A stretch of 64,000 nucleotides of DNA from NCBI GenBank assembly GCA_963712055.1, contig CAVQGN010000004.1, positions 291,813 to 355,812 of the forward strand. Direction: 5' to 3'. The notes beneath the pieces were generated by a model. That model saw only the letters and a program-made list of their open reading frames with translations. It did not search any database and was not told the DNA's origin. The translations under genes were made by a program, and so were the position numbers. Source of the DNA: an uncultured Chloroflexia bacterium (lineage in GTDB: Bacteria; Chloroflexota; Chloroflexia; Thermomicrobiales; UBA6265). Positions 27,549 to 37,162 of the stretch are shown piece by piece; within the stretch, counting starts at the first letter, position 1; every line of letters begins with the position of its first letter.

Positions 27549-29477
27549 ATGGGTAGAATGATCGGAATTGACCTCGGAACAACCAACTCAGTGATGGCCA
27601 CGATCGAGGGTGGCGAGCCGGCCGTTATTCCGAACGCGGAAGGCGAGCGGATCACTCCTTCAGTCGTCGCGATCACCAACAATGGCGAACGGCTGGTTGG
27701 CCGGTTTGCCCGCCGCCAAGCGGTGACCAATCCGGAAAACACCGTCTCCTCGATCAAGCGCTTCATGGGGCGCAAGTTCGACGACCCACAGGTCCAGGAC
27801 GATATCAAGATCGTGCCGTACCAGGTTCGCGAAGCGAGCAATGGCGGCGTCGAAGTCAAGATGGGAGACAAGTGGTATTCACCACCGGAAGTTTCAGCGA
27901 TGATCCTGCAGAAACTGAAAGCGGATGCTGAAGCGTATCTGGGTGAAGCCGTCGACCGAGCCGTAGTGACGGTGCCGGCGTATTTCGATGACTCCCAGCG
28001 CCAGGCCACCAAGGATGCAGGCCGTATCGCCGGCTTGAATGTCGAGCGGATCATCAACGAACCGACCGCTTCCGCTCTCGCCTACGGTCTCGAGAGTAAG
28101 GCCGATGAGAAGATCTCGGTCTATGACCTTGGCGGTGGGACATACGACATCTCGGTGCTCGATCTTTCTGACGGTGTTTTCCAGGTGCTTGCAACCAATG
28201 GCGACACTCATCTTGGTGGTGACGATTTCGATCAGCGAATCGTTGATTGGCTGGCAGATGAGTTCAAGCGCAAGGAAGGAATCGATCTTCGCACTGACCG
28301 GATGGCGCTGCAACGACTGCGTGAAGCTGCCGAGAAAGCCAAGATCGAGCTCTCCAGCACCCAGCAGACAGAGGTTAACCTGCCGTTCATCACCGCCGAC
28401 GCTTCCGGTCCAAAGCATCTTCAGGAAACCCTGACGCGGTCGAAACTCGAGCAGTTGACTGCTGATCTGATTGATCGAACAGTGCCGCCAATGACCGAAG
28501 CGCTCAAAGATGCCGAACTGAGCAAACCGGAGATCGACGAAGCCATTCTGGTTGGTGGTCAGACACGGATGCCAGCGGTTCAGCGGAAGGTGCAGGAGTT
28601 TTTTGGCAAGGAACCGCATAAGGGAATCAACCCGGACGAAGTGGTGGCAATTGGCGCTGCAATCCAGGGCGGCGTGCTCGGTGGCGAGGTCAAGGACATC
28701 CTTCTCCTCGACGTCACGCCGCTGACTCTGTCGATCGAAACCCTTGGTGGGGTGGCGACCCCGCTGATCGAGCGGAATACGACCATCCCGACCCGGAAGA
28801 GCCAGGTCTTCACCACCGCCGCTGACAACCAGCCGCAGGTCGAGATCAACGTGCTTCAGGGCGAGCGTCCGATGGCGAATGACAACAAGAGTCTTGGCAA
28901 GTTCATTCTCGACGGTATCCTGCCGGCACCGCGCGGTTTGCCGAAGGTCGAAGTCACATTCGATATCGACGCCAACGGCATCCTTAATGTGACCGCCAAG
29001 GACCAGGCGACCAGCAAAGAGCAGAAGATCACCATTACGGGATCCTCCGGACTTTCTGAAAATGAAGTCCAGCAGATGGTGAAAGACGCTGAAGCGCACC
29101 GTGACGAGGACCAGAAGCGCCGCGAATCGATTCAGTTACGCAATGACGCTGAATCGATGACCTACCAGGCCGATTCGGTGCTGAAGGAATATGGCGACAA
29201 GATCCCTGAAGACGTCAAGAGCGATCTCGAGGAAAAGGTTGCCAATGTTCGCGAATTGCTCAAGGCCGAAGGTGACAACACCGACGCGCTGAAGAACGCG
29301 CACGAAGCGATGGTTGAAGCCATCAGCAAGGTCGGAACCTCAGTTTACGAGGCGGCCGCAGGCGCAGAGGCGAGCGCAAACGGCGCTTACAGCGAGAGCC
29401 CAGATGGGGAAGAAGCGGTGGAGTCCGAGGACGATGCCACGGTCGAAGGCGAATTCCGCGAAGTTGGCAACAACTAG
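27549..29477 (+). CDS. dnaK: Molecular chaperone DnaK
   Basis: [35 protein letters not shown]. Confidence 0.99.
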   Translation: MGRMIGIDLGTTNSVMATIEGGEPAVIPNAEGERITPSVVAITNNGERLVGRFARRQAVTNPENTVSSIKRFMGRKFDDPQVQDDIKIVPYQVREASNGGVEVKMGDKWYSPPEVSAMILQKLKADAEAYLGEAVDRAVVTVPAYFDDSQRQATKDAGRIAGLNVERIINEPTASALAYGLESKADEKISVYDLGGGTYDISVLDLSDGVFQVLATNGDTHLGGDDFDQRIVDWLADEFKRKEGIDLRTDRMALQRLREAAEKAKIELSSTQQTEVNLPFITADASGPKHLQETLTRSKLEQLTADLIDRTVPPMTEALKDAELSKPEIDEAILVGGQTRMPAVQRKVQEFFGKEPHKGINPDEVVAIGAAIQGGVLGGEVKDILLLDVTPLTLSIETLGGVATPLIERNTTIPTRKSQVFTTAADNQPQVEINVLQGERPMANDNKSLGKFILDGILPAPRGLPKVEVTFDIDANGILNVTAKDQATSKEQKITITGSSGLSENEVQQMVKDAEAHRDEDQKRRESIQLRNDAESMTYQADSVLKEYGDKIPEDVKSDLEEKVANVRELLKAEGDNTDALKNAHEAMVEAISKVGTSVYEAAAGAEASANGAYSESPDGEEAVESEDDATVEGEFREVGNN

Positions 29478-29500
29478 ACCGACCATCGGAAGATTGAGGT

Positions 29501-29528
29501 AAACGGGGCGGCATTGCCGCCCCGTTTT
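29501..29528. terminator. Bidirectional intrinsic terminator after dnaK
   Basis: AAACGGGGCGGCA-T-TGCCGCCCCGTTTT. Confidence 0.88.
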
Positions 29529-29544
29529 CGCGTCCGCGAGGAGA

Positions 29545-30120
29545 TCAGGCGTACAACGACCAGACTGCCAGGATCAGGATCAGGAACACTGCCACAATCA
29601 ATGCGACGGCTACTGGCGTGTTGATTGCGGCTGCGGTCGTATCCGGTGGGAGCTGTTCAAGGTTGGTAGAGGGCGGAGTCAGTTCAGCATCTGGAGCGAT
29701 CTCCGACGGACTTCCTGGAAATACAGCGATCGGCTGGATGACTTTCGGCAGAGGAGCGGACTCACCGGAGATTTCTCGTAGCCATCCGGGCAACCGGGTT
29801 TCGGCCAGCAGCGCAGCTGGGGGAATCGGACCGACGGCGGTGGCGGGCAGAGGCGGCCATGCACTCACCGTTTCTCGCGACTCCGCGACGAACTGCGGCG
29901 GTGGTGGGGCTGGTTCTGAAGAAGCCCGAACCGAAGCCTCTTGAGCGGGACCCGGGGTGGTCGGATTCATCGGCGATGGCGAAACAACCTGGGGCAGGCG
30001 ATCGCGAAGCCACTCTGGCAGCAGGACACGCGGATCCGAAAGCTCCGAACCACGCTCCCGCAAGTCAACAGGCCTATTGCCAGTATCGGGGGATTGCTGG
30101 TTGGGAGTATCGTCTGGCAT
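29545..30120 (-). CDS. Pro-rich protein with two LPxWLR motifs and a C-terminal TM anchor
   Basis: ATG 30120 directly after the dtd stop; LPEWLR and LPGWLR; hydrophobic C-terminus. Confidence 0.65.
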   Translation of the reverse strand: MPDDTPNQQSPDTGNRPVDLRERGSELSDPRVLLPEWLRDRLPQVVSPSPMNPTTPGPAQEASVRASSEPAPPPPQFVAESRETVSAWPPLPATAVGPIPPAALLAETRLPGWLREISGESAPLPKVIQPIAVFPGSPSEIAPDAELTPPSTNLEQLPPDTTAAAINTPVAVALIVAVFLILILAVWSLYA

Positions 30121-30121
30121 A

Positions 30122-30595
30122 TCAGGTTCGACCCAATTCGGCGCTATCGAGCCAGATTGTAACCGGGCCATCGTTGACGAGGTGGACTTTCATCTCGGCG
30201 CCAAAGACGCCGATCTCGACCGGTATTCCATGAGCCGCCAGAGCGGTATTGAACTGTTCGAATAGGGGGAGAGCGGTTTCCGGGCGGGCGGCATCGGTGA
30301 AACTCGGTCGACGCCCTTTGCGGCAATCGGCATACAGGGTGAACTGCGAAATCGAGAGAACACGTGCTGAGCCTGGTTCTTCGAGGAGCAAGTCGAGCAG
30401 CGAACGGTTCATCGCGCCCTGGTCGTCCTCGAATATCCGTAGATTTGCAATCTTGGCTGCTAGTTGCATCGCTTGCCGGTTTGTGTCGGATACCGCAACT
30501 CCGACGAGGAGCACAAGACCGCGATCGATCGATCCCGTCGTCTCCCCGCCGACATCAACCGACCCTTCGAGCACCCGCTGGATCAGCACCCTCAT
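30122..30595 (-). CDS. dtd: D-aminoacyl-tRNA deacylase
   Basis: [25 protein letters not shown]. Confidence 0.97.
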   Translation of the reverse strand: MRVLIQRVLEGSVDVGGETTGSIDRGLVLLVGVAVSDTNRQAMQLAAKIANLRIFEDDQGAMNRSLLDLLLEEPGSARVLSISQFTLYADCRKGRRPSFTDAARPETALPLFEQFNTALAAHGIPVEIGVFGAEMKVHLVNDGPVTIWLDSAELGRT

Positions 30596-31089
30596 CGGTC
30601 ATCCTCAGTGGAACGGATCAGGGTTGCGACCGCGAGCGCGGCGATGCCCTCGCTGCGACCGATCGCGCCGAGACGCTCGTTTGTGGTGGCTTTAAGGCTG
30701 ACGCGATTGAGTGAAATCTCGAGAAGCGTCGCAATCTCCGTTCTCATAGCCAACCGATACGCTGAGATCTTCGGGGTTTCGGCAATCACGGTGGCGTCCA
30801 CGTTCGAGATCGCAAAGCCCTGTTCGACCACAATCTCGCGCGCACGTGTGACGATCACGCCGCTGGCGATCCCGGCGATTGAGGTGTCGCTCGGTGGAAA
30901 ATGATCTCCAATGTCGCCTTCTGCAACGGCCCCCAGCAAGGCGTCTGCGATGGCGTGGAGAAGCACATCGGCATCTGAGTGACCATCCAGACCGAGCTCA
31001 GCGGGAACCGCGACGCCTCCGAGGACGAGCGGACGACCCTCGGCGAAGCGGTGAATGTCGTAGCCGACTCCTGTGCGAACGTCGATCAT
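30592..31089 (-). CDS. ispF: 2-C-methyl-D-erythritol 2,4-cyclodiphosphate synthase
   Basis: [25 protein letters not shown]. Confidence 0.97.
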   Translation of the reverse strand: MIDVRTGVGYDIHRFAEGRPLVLGGVAVPAELGLDGHSDADVLLHAIADALLGAVAEGDIGDHFPPSDTSIAGIASGVIVTRAREIVVEQGFAISNVDATVIAETPKISAYRLAMRTEIATLLEISLNRVSLKATTNERLGAIGRSEGIAALAVATLIRSTEDDR

Positions 31090-31808
31090 TCATGCCTCCT
31101 TTCTCTGCGGATGGTCAGGAGAAATTCTGCGAGCTGGAGATCGGACGGAGTGGTGACCTTTATGTTCGCTGGATCGCTGGGCACGATCGCGACAGCTCGT
31201 CCAAGCGATTCGAGCAAACCTGCTTCGTCCGTGAAGGTCAAATCGCTTGTTCGCATCTCATCCACCGCCTCCAGCAAGATTCTGCGCTGAAATCCCTGCG
31301 GGGTTTGCGCAGCCCACACCGACTCCCTCGGAATCGTCCTGACCACGAGGTCGTCCGGTCCTACCTCTTTGAGCGTGTCGGTGACTGGAACGGCCGCAAG
31401 ACAAGCGCCACTTTCGGCTGCGGCGGAGACGATAGCCTCGATCAGATCGATCGTCACAAGAGGTCGGGCGCCATCATGGATCACCAGCACGTCGGATTCC
31501 GGATTCGTTGCCGCAAGCCCATTGGTGACCGAGTCCTGACGGCGCTCACCCCCCCGGACAACCAGCCGGAGTTTTGGCCATTCGTTGCTCTGGAGGAGAG
31601 CCGAACCTGCGTCGGCCGTGTGGTCGCCAACGACAAGCACGATCTCGCCAATGGATGGCGCCGACTGAAAGGCATCGAGTGACCAGGAGACCAGCGGTCT
31701 CCCACAGAGGTCGACAAAAGATTTATGGGGGTCGCCGAATCGTTTACCACTGCCTGCCGCGACGATCACTGCGCTGGCGGTGGGTTGGGGTGGTTCGATA
31801 TCGCTCAT
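31086..31808 (-). CDS. ispD: 2-C-methyl-D-erythritol 4-phosphate cytidylyltransferase
   Basis: AAGSGKRF, GGERRQDSV, IHDGARP, QTPQGF, NIKVTTP.D. Confidence 0.97.
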   Translation of the reverse strand: MSDIEPPQPTASAVIVAAGSGKRFGDPHKSFVDLCGRPLVSWSLDAFQSAPSIGEIVLVVGDHTADAGSALLQSNEWPKLRLVVRGGERRQDSVTNGLAATNPESDVLVIHDGARPLVTIDLIEAIVSAAAESGACLAAVPVTDTLKEVGPDDLVVRTIPRESVWAAQTPQGFQRRILLEAVDEMRTSDLTFTDEAGLLESLGRAVAIVPSDPANIKVTTPSDLQLAEFLLTIRRERRHE

Positions 31809-31848
31809 CGCCCTCAGTTTCAGCCCGAACGGGATTCGGAATCAGTGA

Positions 31849-32679
31849 TTAGCGAGCGGCCAGCAATCTGTCGACCGTGTCATCAGGGACATCGACCGAA
31901 CCCAGCACGCGCCCTTCGCGAAAACCGTCACCATGATAGTCGCTGCCACCAGTGGGAATAAGCCCGAACGAGTCGGCGATTCTCCGCAGAGCGTCACGTT
32001 GCGGTCGCGAGTATTCCCCGTAGTAAGTTTCGAGGCCGCCAAGTCCATGGCCAAGGAGGTCGAGGTCGCGGATGACGCGTTCCACGTCCTCTCCGGCGCT
32101 GAATGGATGCGCCATGACTGGAACGCCACCGGCGTTCCGCACGAGCTCGATCGCTTCTGCTGGGGTGAGTTTCACGACTTCGACGAACGCTGGTTTGCCT
32201 CTTCCCAGGAAGCGGGCGAAGGCTTCGCCGATCGTGGTCACATAGCCAAACTCGATCATCTGGCGAGCGATGTGCGGTCTGCCGACCGAACCGGATTCCG
32301 CATCCAGACGCAGGCGTTCCTCATCGACGGGATATCCAAGGGCTCGCGTTTTTTCGGCCATCTCGAGAATCCGCTCGAGGCGCATTTCCCGGAGCCACCT
32401 CAACTCATCGGTTAACACCGGAGCGTCGGCATCGATGAAATACCCCAGGACGTGGAGGTCACGGTCATCATGAACAGAGCTGAGTTCGACACCGGGTACC
32501 ACCGTGACCGGCGAGCGTTCAGCAGCGGCGAGCGCACTCGCAAGACCGGCGATAGTGTCGTGGTCGGTCAACCCAATCCAGTCGACGCCACGCTCTGCGG
32601 CGGTCGTGACCAGTTCAGCTGGACTGAGAGTTCCATCGGACGCGTTCGAGTGGGTATGAAGGTCGAGAACCGCCATCAA
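31849..32679 (-). CDS. PHP-domain phosphoesterase (TrpH/YciV-like)
   Basis: DLHTHSNASDG, TDHDT, GRPHIA, AHP, GGSDYHG. Confidence 0.92.
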   Translation of the reverse strand: MMAVLDLHTHSNASDGTLSPAELVTTAAERGVDWIGLTDHDTIAGLASALAAAERSPVTVVPGVELSSVHDDRDLHVLGYFIDADAPVLTDELRWLREMRLERILEMAEKTRALGYPVDEERLRLDAESGSVGRPHIARQMIEFGYVTTIGEAFARFLGRGKPAFVEVVKLTPAEAIELVRNAGGVPVMAHPFSAGEDVERVIRDLDLLGHGLGGLETYYGEYSRPQRDALRRIADSFGLIPTGGSDYHGDGFREGRVLGSVDVPDDTVDRLLAAR

Positions 32680-32707
32680 TCACTCGTGCTCAGGCGAACT
32701 GATTCGA

Positions 32708-33310
32708 TCATCGAACCTCGACAAGCAATCGAATCGCGGTTCGTTCCTCGTCGTCGATGGTGATGTCGATAAAGGCAGGAACGCAAATCGCGTCAATCCC
32801 TGTTTCCAGGAGATAGTCGCGAGCGATTGCCACTGCTTTGACCGCCTGGTTGGTAGCACCAGCGCCGATGGCTTGAACTTCAGCATGACCACATTCGCGA
32901 ACAACGCCAGCGATGGCGCCAGCGACGGCGCTTGGTCGGGATTTGGCCGAAACTTTCAGGACCTCATTGGGATCGTTTGTGGAGGCCGTCGCGGGTGGGG
33001 CTGCCGCAATCGTTGCGGTCGGTGCATGGACGTCGTGGCCGTTGTAACCAACCGGTTCCATGGGCGGCTCGACGACCAAAGTCTCGGTCTCCCACGCTGA
33101 CGAAGGCTCCTCGATCGGATCGAATACATAGGGTTCTTCGACGGTGTCAGTCACCGTTGCGCTTGCGGTCTGCGCGATCTCGACGGAGTCCTCGAAATCG
33201 GATTCGGCGTAGGTGGAGGGCTCGATTTCGTCATCTTCCGGAAGGTAACGATTGCCTTCTGGTTTGATCTTGATGTCGCGAAGGTCGAGCTTGCTGAAAA
33301 ACCGGTCCAT
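32708..33310 (-). CDS. spoVS: Stage V sporulation protein S (Alba-like) with a long acidic N-terminal extension
   Basis: C-terminal EVLKVSAKSRPSAVAGAIAG...IGAGATNQAVKAVAIAR...PAF...ERTAI. Confidence 0.9.
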   Translation of the reverse strand: MDRFFSKLDLRDIKIKPEGNRYLPEDDEIEPSTYAESDFEDSVEIAQTASATVTDTVEEPYVFDPIEEPSSAWETETLVVEPPMEPVGYNGHDVHAPTATIAAAPPATASTNDPNEVLKVSAKSRPSAVAGAIAGVVRECGHAEVQAIGAGATNQAVKAVAIARDYLLETGIDAICVPAFIDITIDDEERTAIRLLVEVR

Positions 33311-33435
33311 AGATGCATGACTCCGTTGTGCCCTTAAACTGGGCGTTGTGAATGCTGAGACCCGCGTCCCGCTCGTCTACGATCCTTCGAAACAGCGCCA
33401 GCCGGGGGATCGGCTCCGTTTTCTCCGGATCACCC

Positions 33436-33533
33436 GTTGCACAGTTAAGCCGCCAACTCGTCCGCCGAGCAGGGTTTGGCAAAAGCCAAACTCCCCTGAA
33501 CGGTGCCGGTGACGGCTTGATCCATCCTGCAAC
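33436..33533 (-). ncRNA. Candidate ~100-nt rod-shaped structured RNA (sRNA or spoVS 5' leader)
   Basis: Nested stems GTTGCA/TGCAAC, AAGCCGTCA/TGGCGGCTT, CAGG/CCTG, GTTTGGC-TTTT-GCCAAAC. It begins about 7 nt after TACACT. Confidence 0.45.
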
Positions 33534-33617
33534 CGCCAGAAGTGTACCCCAAGACCACCGAGCGGTCGGCAGAAAACCGCGCCGCACCGCGTGTTGACAG
33601 GCCCGTTCACGCTGGGA

Positions 33618-33658
33618 CAAAAACAAGACCGGCTGCGAAGTTGCGTCGCAGCCGGTCT
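33618..33658 (-). terminator. Intrinsic terminator of rny
   Basis: 13-bp stem AGACCGGCTGCGA/TCGCAGCCGGTCT followed by TGTTTTT on the minus strand. Confidence 0.85.
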
Positions 33659-33676
33659 AGTGTGCGTTTTTCGTTG

Positions 33677-35242
33677 CTAGCGAGCGTAATCGACCGAGCG
33701 CGTTTCCCGGATCACGGTCACTTTGATCTGGCCGGGATACTCGAGTGACTCCTCGATCTTCTTCACCACATCACGAGCAAGCTGATTGGCGGCAAGATCG
33801 TCAACCTTGTTCGGTGCAACCAGAAGCCGAACTTCACGACCGGCCTGGATCGCGAACGATTTGTCGACACCGTCAAACGAATTGGCTACTCCTTCGAGGG
33901 CTTCGAGTCTTTTGGTATAGGTCTCCACCATTTCACGGCGGGCACCTGGTCTCGCCCCGGAAATCGCGTCTGACGTGGCGACGATGAACGCCTCAACCGT
34001 CAGCGGTTCCTCCTCGCCATGGTGAGCCGCAATCGCATGAACGATCTTGGAAGACCGGCCGAGTCGTCTCGCGATATCGGCGCCGATCAGCGCGTGCGGG
34101 CCTTCGACTTCATGGTCAACAGCTTTACCAATGTCGTGGAGCAAACCGGCCGTCTTGCAGATGTTGACATCGGCACCGAGTTCTGACGCCAATGCTCCGG
34201 CGATAATCGATGTTTCGAGCGAGTGAGCGAGGACGTTCTGGCCGTAACTGGTTCGATACTTCAGCCGACCCAGCAATTTGATCAGGTCGGGATGAAGACC
34301 AACAACGTTGGCTTCAAAGGCGACCTTTTCACCTTCCTCTCGAATCACCTGATCGAGTTCGCTCTGAGTCTTGCTGACCACTTCCTCGATCTTGGCGGGG
34401 TGAATCCGACCGTCCTGTAACAAGCGGCTGAGCACCCGGCGAGCGAGTTCACGTCGGAGCGGATCGAATGACGAGATCATGATGACCTCAGGTGTGTCGT
34501 CAACGATCAGGTCGACCCCGGTTGCTTGTTCGAGCGCCCGGATGTTCCGACCTTCGCGGCCGATGATGCGGCCCTTCATGTCGTCGCTCGGAATCGGAAC
34601 CACTGAAACGGTGGATTCGGCAATGTAGTCGGTGGCGATTCGCTGAATCGCCGTTGCCAGGATCTTGCGGGAACGCTTGTCGGCTTCTTCGTGAATCTCT
34701 TGCTCGATCTCGCGGACCCGCTTGCCGGCCATCGCTCGAGCTTCCGCTTCGACCTCGGCCACAAGTTCATCGCGCGCTTCGAACGCGGTCAAACCGGCTA
34801 CCCGCTCGAGTTCCTCGATATGACGGTTGCGCTCGCGGTCGAGAGCTTCCTGCTGGCGGACCTGTTCTTCTTCCCAGGTTGTGCGTGCCTTTTGGAGTGA
34901 TTGTTCCTGCCGTTTCAGATTCTGTTCGCGCTGATCAACCGACTGTGTTTTACGGTCGATGCCTTCTTCTTTCTGCTCGACCCGGCGCTCGATCCGATCG
35001 ATTTCCTTGCGCCGTTGCCCAAGTTCGCGTTCCAGATCATTCCGTAGTTTGAGTGCCTCATCCTTTGCTTCGATCGCTGCCTGGCGACGCCGCGCTTCGG
35101 CCTCCTCGATGATCCGATCGGATTCGAGTTGGGCCTGTCGAACACTCGATTTCGCTCTGCGATCCAGAACGAAATAGGTGACGAACGCGGTAGCCGCGAT
35201 CAGCAGGATCGCTTCGAGGATGTAGGGCAAAGAACCCTCCAT
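33677..35242 (-). CDS. rny: Ribonuclease Y
   Basis: N-terminal TM helix, coiled coil, KH motif [14 protein letters not shown] motif [18 protein letters not shown]. Confidence 0.98.
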   Translation of the reverse strand: MEGSLPYILEAILLIAATAFVTYFVLDRRAKSSVRQAQLESDRIIEEAEARRRQAAIEAKDEALKLRNDLERELGQRRKEIDRIERRVEQKEEGIDRKTQSVDQREQNLKRQEQSLQKARTTWEEEQVRQQEALDRERNRHIEELERVAGLTAFEARDELVAEVEAEARAMAGKRVREIEQEIHEEADKRSRKILATAIQRIATDYIAESTVSVVPIPSDDMKGRIIGREGRNIRALEQATGVDLIVDDTPEVIMISSFDPLRRELARRVLSRLLQDGRIHPAKIEEVVSKTQSELDQVIREEGEKVAFEANVVGLHPDLIKLLGRLKYRTSYGQNVLAHSLETSIIAGALASELGADVNICKTAGLLHDIGKAVDHEVEGPHALIGADIARRLGRSSKIVHAIAAHHGEEEPLTVEAFIVATSDAISGARPGARREMVETYTKRLEALEGVANSFDGVDKSFAIQAGREVRLLVAPNKVDDLAANQLARDVVKKIEESLEYPGQIKVTVIRETRSVDYAR

Positions 35243-35380
35243 CGTCCGGACTCCTGTTCTGTGTCTCTTCCAGGAAGTGGAAAAGTGTCGCTACTGTCGA
35301 GGGCGAATTGCTTTGAGCTGAGCAGATTGTGAGCCGCAGTGATAGCGACTCGCATCGCCCCGCGCCTTCACCCGCTAGCG

Positions 35381-35409
35381 ATGATACGTTCGGGGGATAT
35401 CCGAGTCAA
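35381..35409 (-). promoter_or_regulatory. Sigma70 promoter of rny
   Basis: TTGACT-N17-TATCAT on the minus strand, giving a leader of about 130 nt. Confidence 0.7.
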
Positions 35410-35498
35410 GAAATCGGCCTTCTCGAGGTGGGTCCTTGCAGGAGAGACACAAACTCCTCCTCGATCCCGGAATCGACAGCATGACCTGATCCTGGTCG

Positions 35499-36554
35499 TC
35501 AATCCGTCGGCGATTCGAGCGTGACTTCCAGCCATTCACCACGGCATGGATTGCCGGAACACGCGGAGAGGCGCCCTGCGGTCAGGTCCATGACCACGCT
35601 ACCGATGGTGCCGTAATCGAGATCGCTTTCCGGCGCGCCATGCTTGCACACGGATTTGGGGTAATTCCCGTGATCAGCCATGATTGCCGTCAGTGATTCG
35701 AGATCGAGTTCGCCCCAGGAATCGTCGATCAGGTGCTCCAGACGATTGAGTCGGATACGGGAATTGAGGAGATCCTCCTCTGGGGATTCCAGACCAATCA
35801 TCGACGGTTGAATCAGGTGGTTCGTATGGGCGAGGAATCGGTTTCCACCTGACTGCATCGACCAAGCACTGCCGGTAACCTCGACGTCATAAAGATCACC
35901 ATCGCGGCTGGCCAACATGTGGTTGTTCCCGAAAGCACGATCGGAGGCGGTCACGGCTCGGATCGCTCCTTCGATGGTCGTTGCGGCCAAAGCGCGGCGG
36001 TACTGAAGAAGTTTTGGGACGCCAACGGCCGCGTCCTGAACGTAGAGTGCGTTCCCCACCGAACCGATCCCGGCACTGTTGAGACCTTGGTGCAGGAGGA
36101 GCCCTCCATACGTGAAGGCAATGAATTCGGGCTCGCTCAAGGGAAAAGCGTGGATTACGCAGCAGTGCGGTGTCCATTCGAGGGCTTCATCCTCGTTGTG
36201 GGCCAGGAGAACGTGACCATCTCGAGTTCCGGCCTGGGTAATCCCGACAACTGAGCACGCTTCAGTGTGTCCGAGTCCCTGGTGGAGCTCGGCCGAGGAG
36301 TTCAGGATCATCAGGTCGACGAGGGGTAGTTCTGCGCCGTCCGCCATGCCCTGCATTTCCTCCAGGATCGCAGGAACCGCCGCTTCCGTCGCTGCCAGAT
36401 AGGGTTCGACGGCGCTGGCCAGGTTGGCTTGCTCTTCGGAGGAGAACTCCGAAAGCGTGATCTCGAGTCCGGCCCGAATCGAATCGGCTTGACTGGAACC
36501 GACAGTGAATCCGATCTCGTATGGCGTCCCGCTTGCTTTGATAAGTGGGATCAT
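35499..36554 (-). CDS. C45 family autoproteolytic acyltransferase/hydrolase (Ntn fold)
   Basis: GTPYEIG, EEMQGMADGA, nucleophile EAC-S, AHNED, GLNSAG, HTNH. Confidence 0.85.
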   Translation of the reverse strand: MIPLIKASGTPYEIGFTVGSSQADSIRAGLEITLSEFSSEEQANLASAVEPYLAATEAAVPAILEEMQGMADGAELPLVDLMILNSSAELHQGLGHTEACSVVGITQAGTRDGHVLLAHNEDEALEWTPHCCVIHAFPLSEPEFIAFTYGGLLLHQGLNSAGIGSVGNALYVQDAAVGVPKLLQYRRALAATTIEGAIRAVTASDRAFGNNHMLASRDGDLYDVEVTGSAWSMQSGGNRFLAHTNHLIQPSMIGLESPEEDLLNSRIRLNRLEHLIDDSWGELDLESLTAIMADHGNYPKSVCKHGAPESDLDYGTIGSVVMDLTAGRLSACSGNPCRGEWLEVTLESPTD

Positions 36555-36778
36555 CTGCGCGCCTCCACTTGTGATTCCGAATGGATTGCTGTTGTCGACT
36601 TTCTCACTAACCGACCCTGTTGCTCCTGACAGTATCGCCCGGGAATCAGAGAATCATAGGAGAACCATCGAATTTGGCGACCTGAGCGGTTGTCATCTGC
36701 CCGAAGGCGGATTCCTGCGTGTACTGGAGCAGGTTCGGACGCGAAAATCGTTGTGTCTCTCCTCCCGGGAGTGCCAGA

Positions 36779-36796
36779 TTGTGATAACATGCACAG
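36779..36796. promoter_or_regulatory. Possible Rex/CRP-type operator overlapping an extended -10 upstream of the atp operon
   Basis: TTGTGATAACATGCACAG versus Rex TTGTGAA-N4-TTCACAA and CRP TGTGA-N6-TCACA; contains TG-A-TAACAT. Confidence 0.4.
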
Positions 36797-36842
36797 TCGG
36801 AACTTGGGGAGCGTGACGGCTCAGCCGGAAGCACATTCGCCC

Positions 36843-37139
36843 ATGGATATTGACAAAGAAGATGCTCGTACTGCGGGAGTTGCTGCCGGACTTGGCTGCA
36901 CTGTCGTAGTCAGTATCATCGGGTCGATCGTCGGAGGGATTCTCCTCGATAGATGGCTCGATACAAGTCCCTGGTTCACGCTTGCTGGCGTGGCGTTGGG
37001 TTTGGTTCTGGCTGGGTATCAGTTGTATGAACTGGCCTCGCTTGGCAAAGCGGGTTCCGAGCCGAAGATTGTGACGAGGCAGATCCAGCGAGTCACTTCG
37101 AAAGCACCGACGCGGTCGAAGGCACCTGACGAGCAGTAG
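36843..37139 (+). CDS. AtpZ/AtpI-family (gene 1) ATP synthase accessory protein; start uncertain
   Basis: GGILLDRWLDTSPWFTLAGVALG motif; first gene of the atp operon. Confidence 0.85.
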   Translation: MDIDKEDARTAGVAAGLGCTVVVSIIGSIVGGILLDRWLDTSPWFTLAGVALGLVLAGYQLYELASLGKAGSEPKIVTRQIQRVTSKAPTRSKAPDEQ

Positions 37140-37162
37140 CAGGCCCTAGCGCAAGGCAGGAC

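Noticed and set aside
27894-29099. Long antisense ORFs (for example opposite dnaK, potA, LCP and larC)
   Set aside because: These are expected shadows of GC-rich codon bias on well-identified genes.
33436-33533. SRP (4.5S) RNA identity for the rod-like hairpin
   Set aside because: It lacks the helix-8 CAGG/GGAA/AGCAG motif on both strands.
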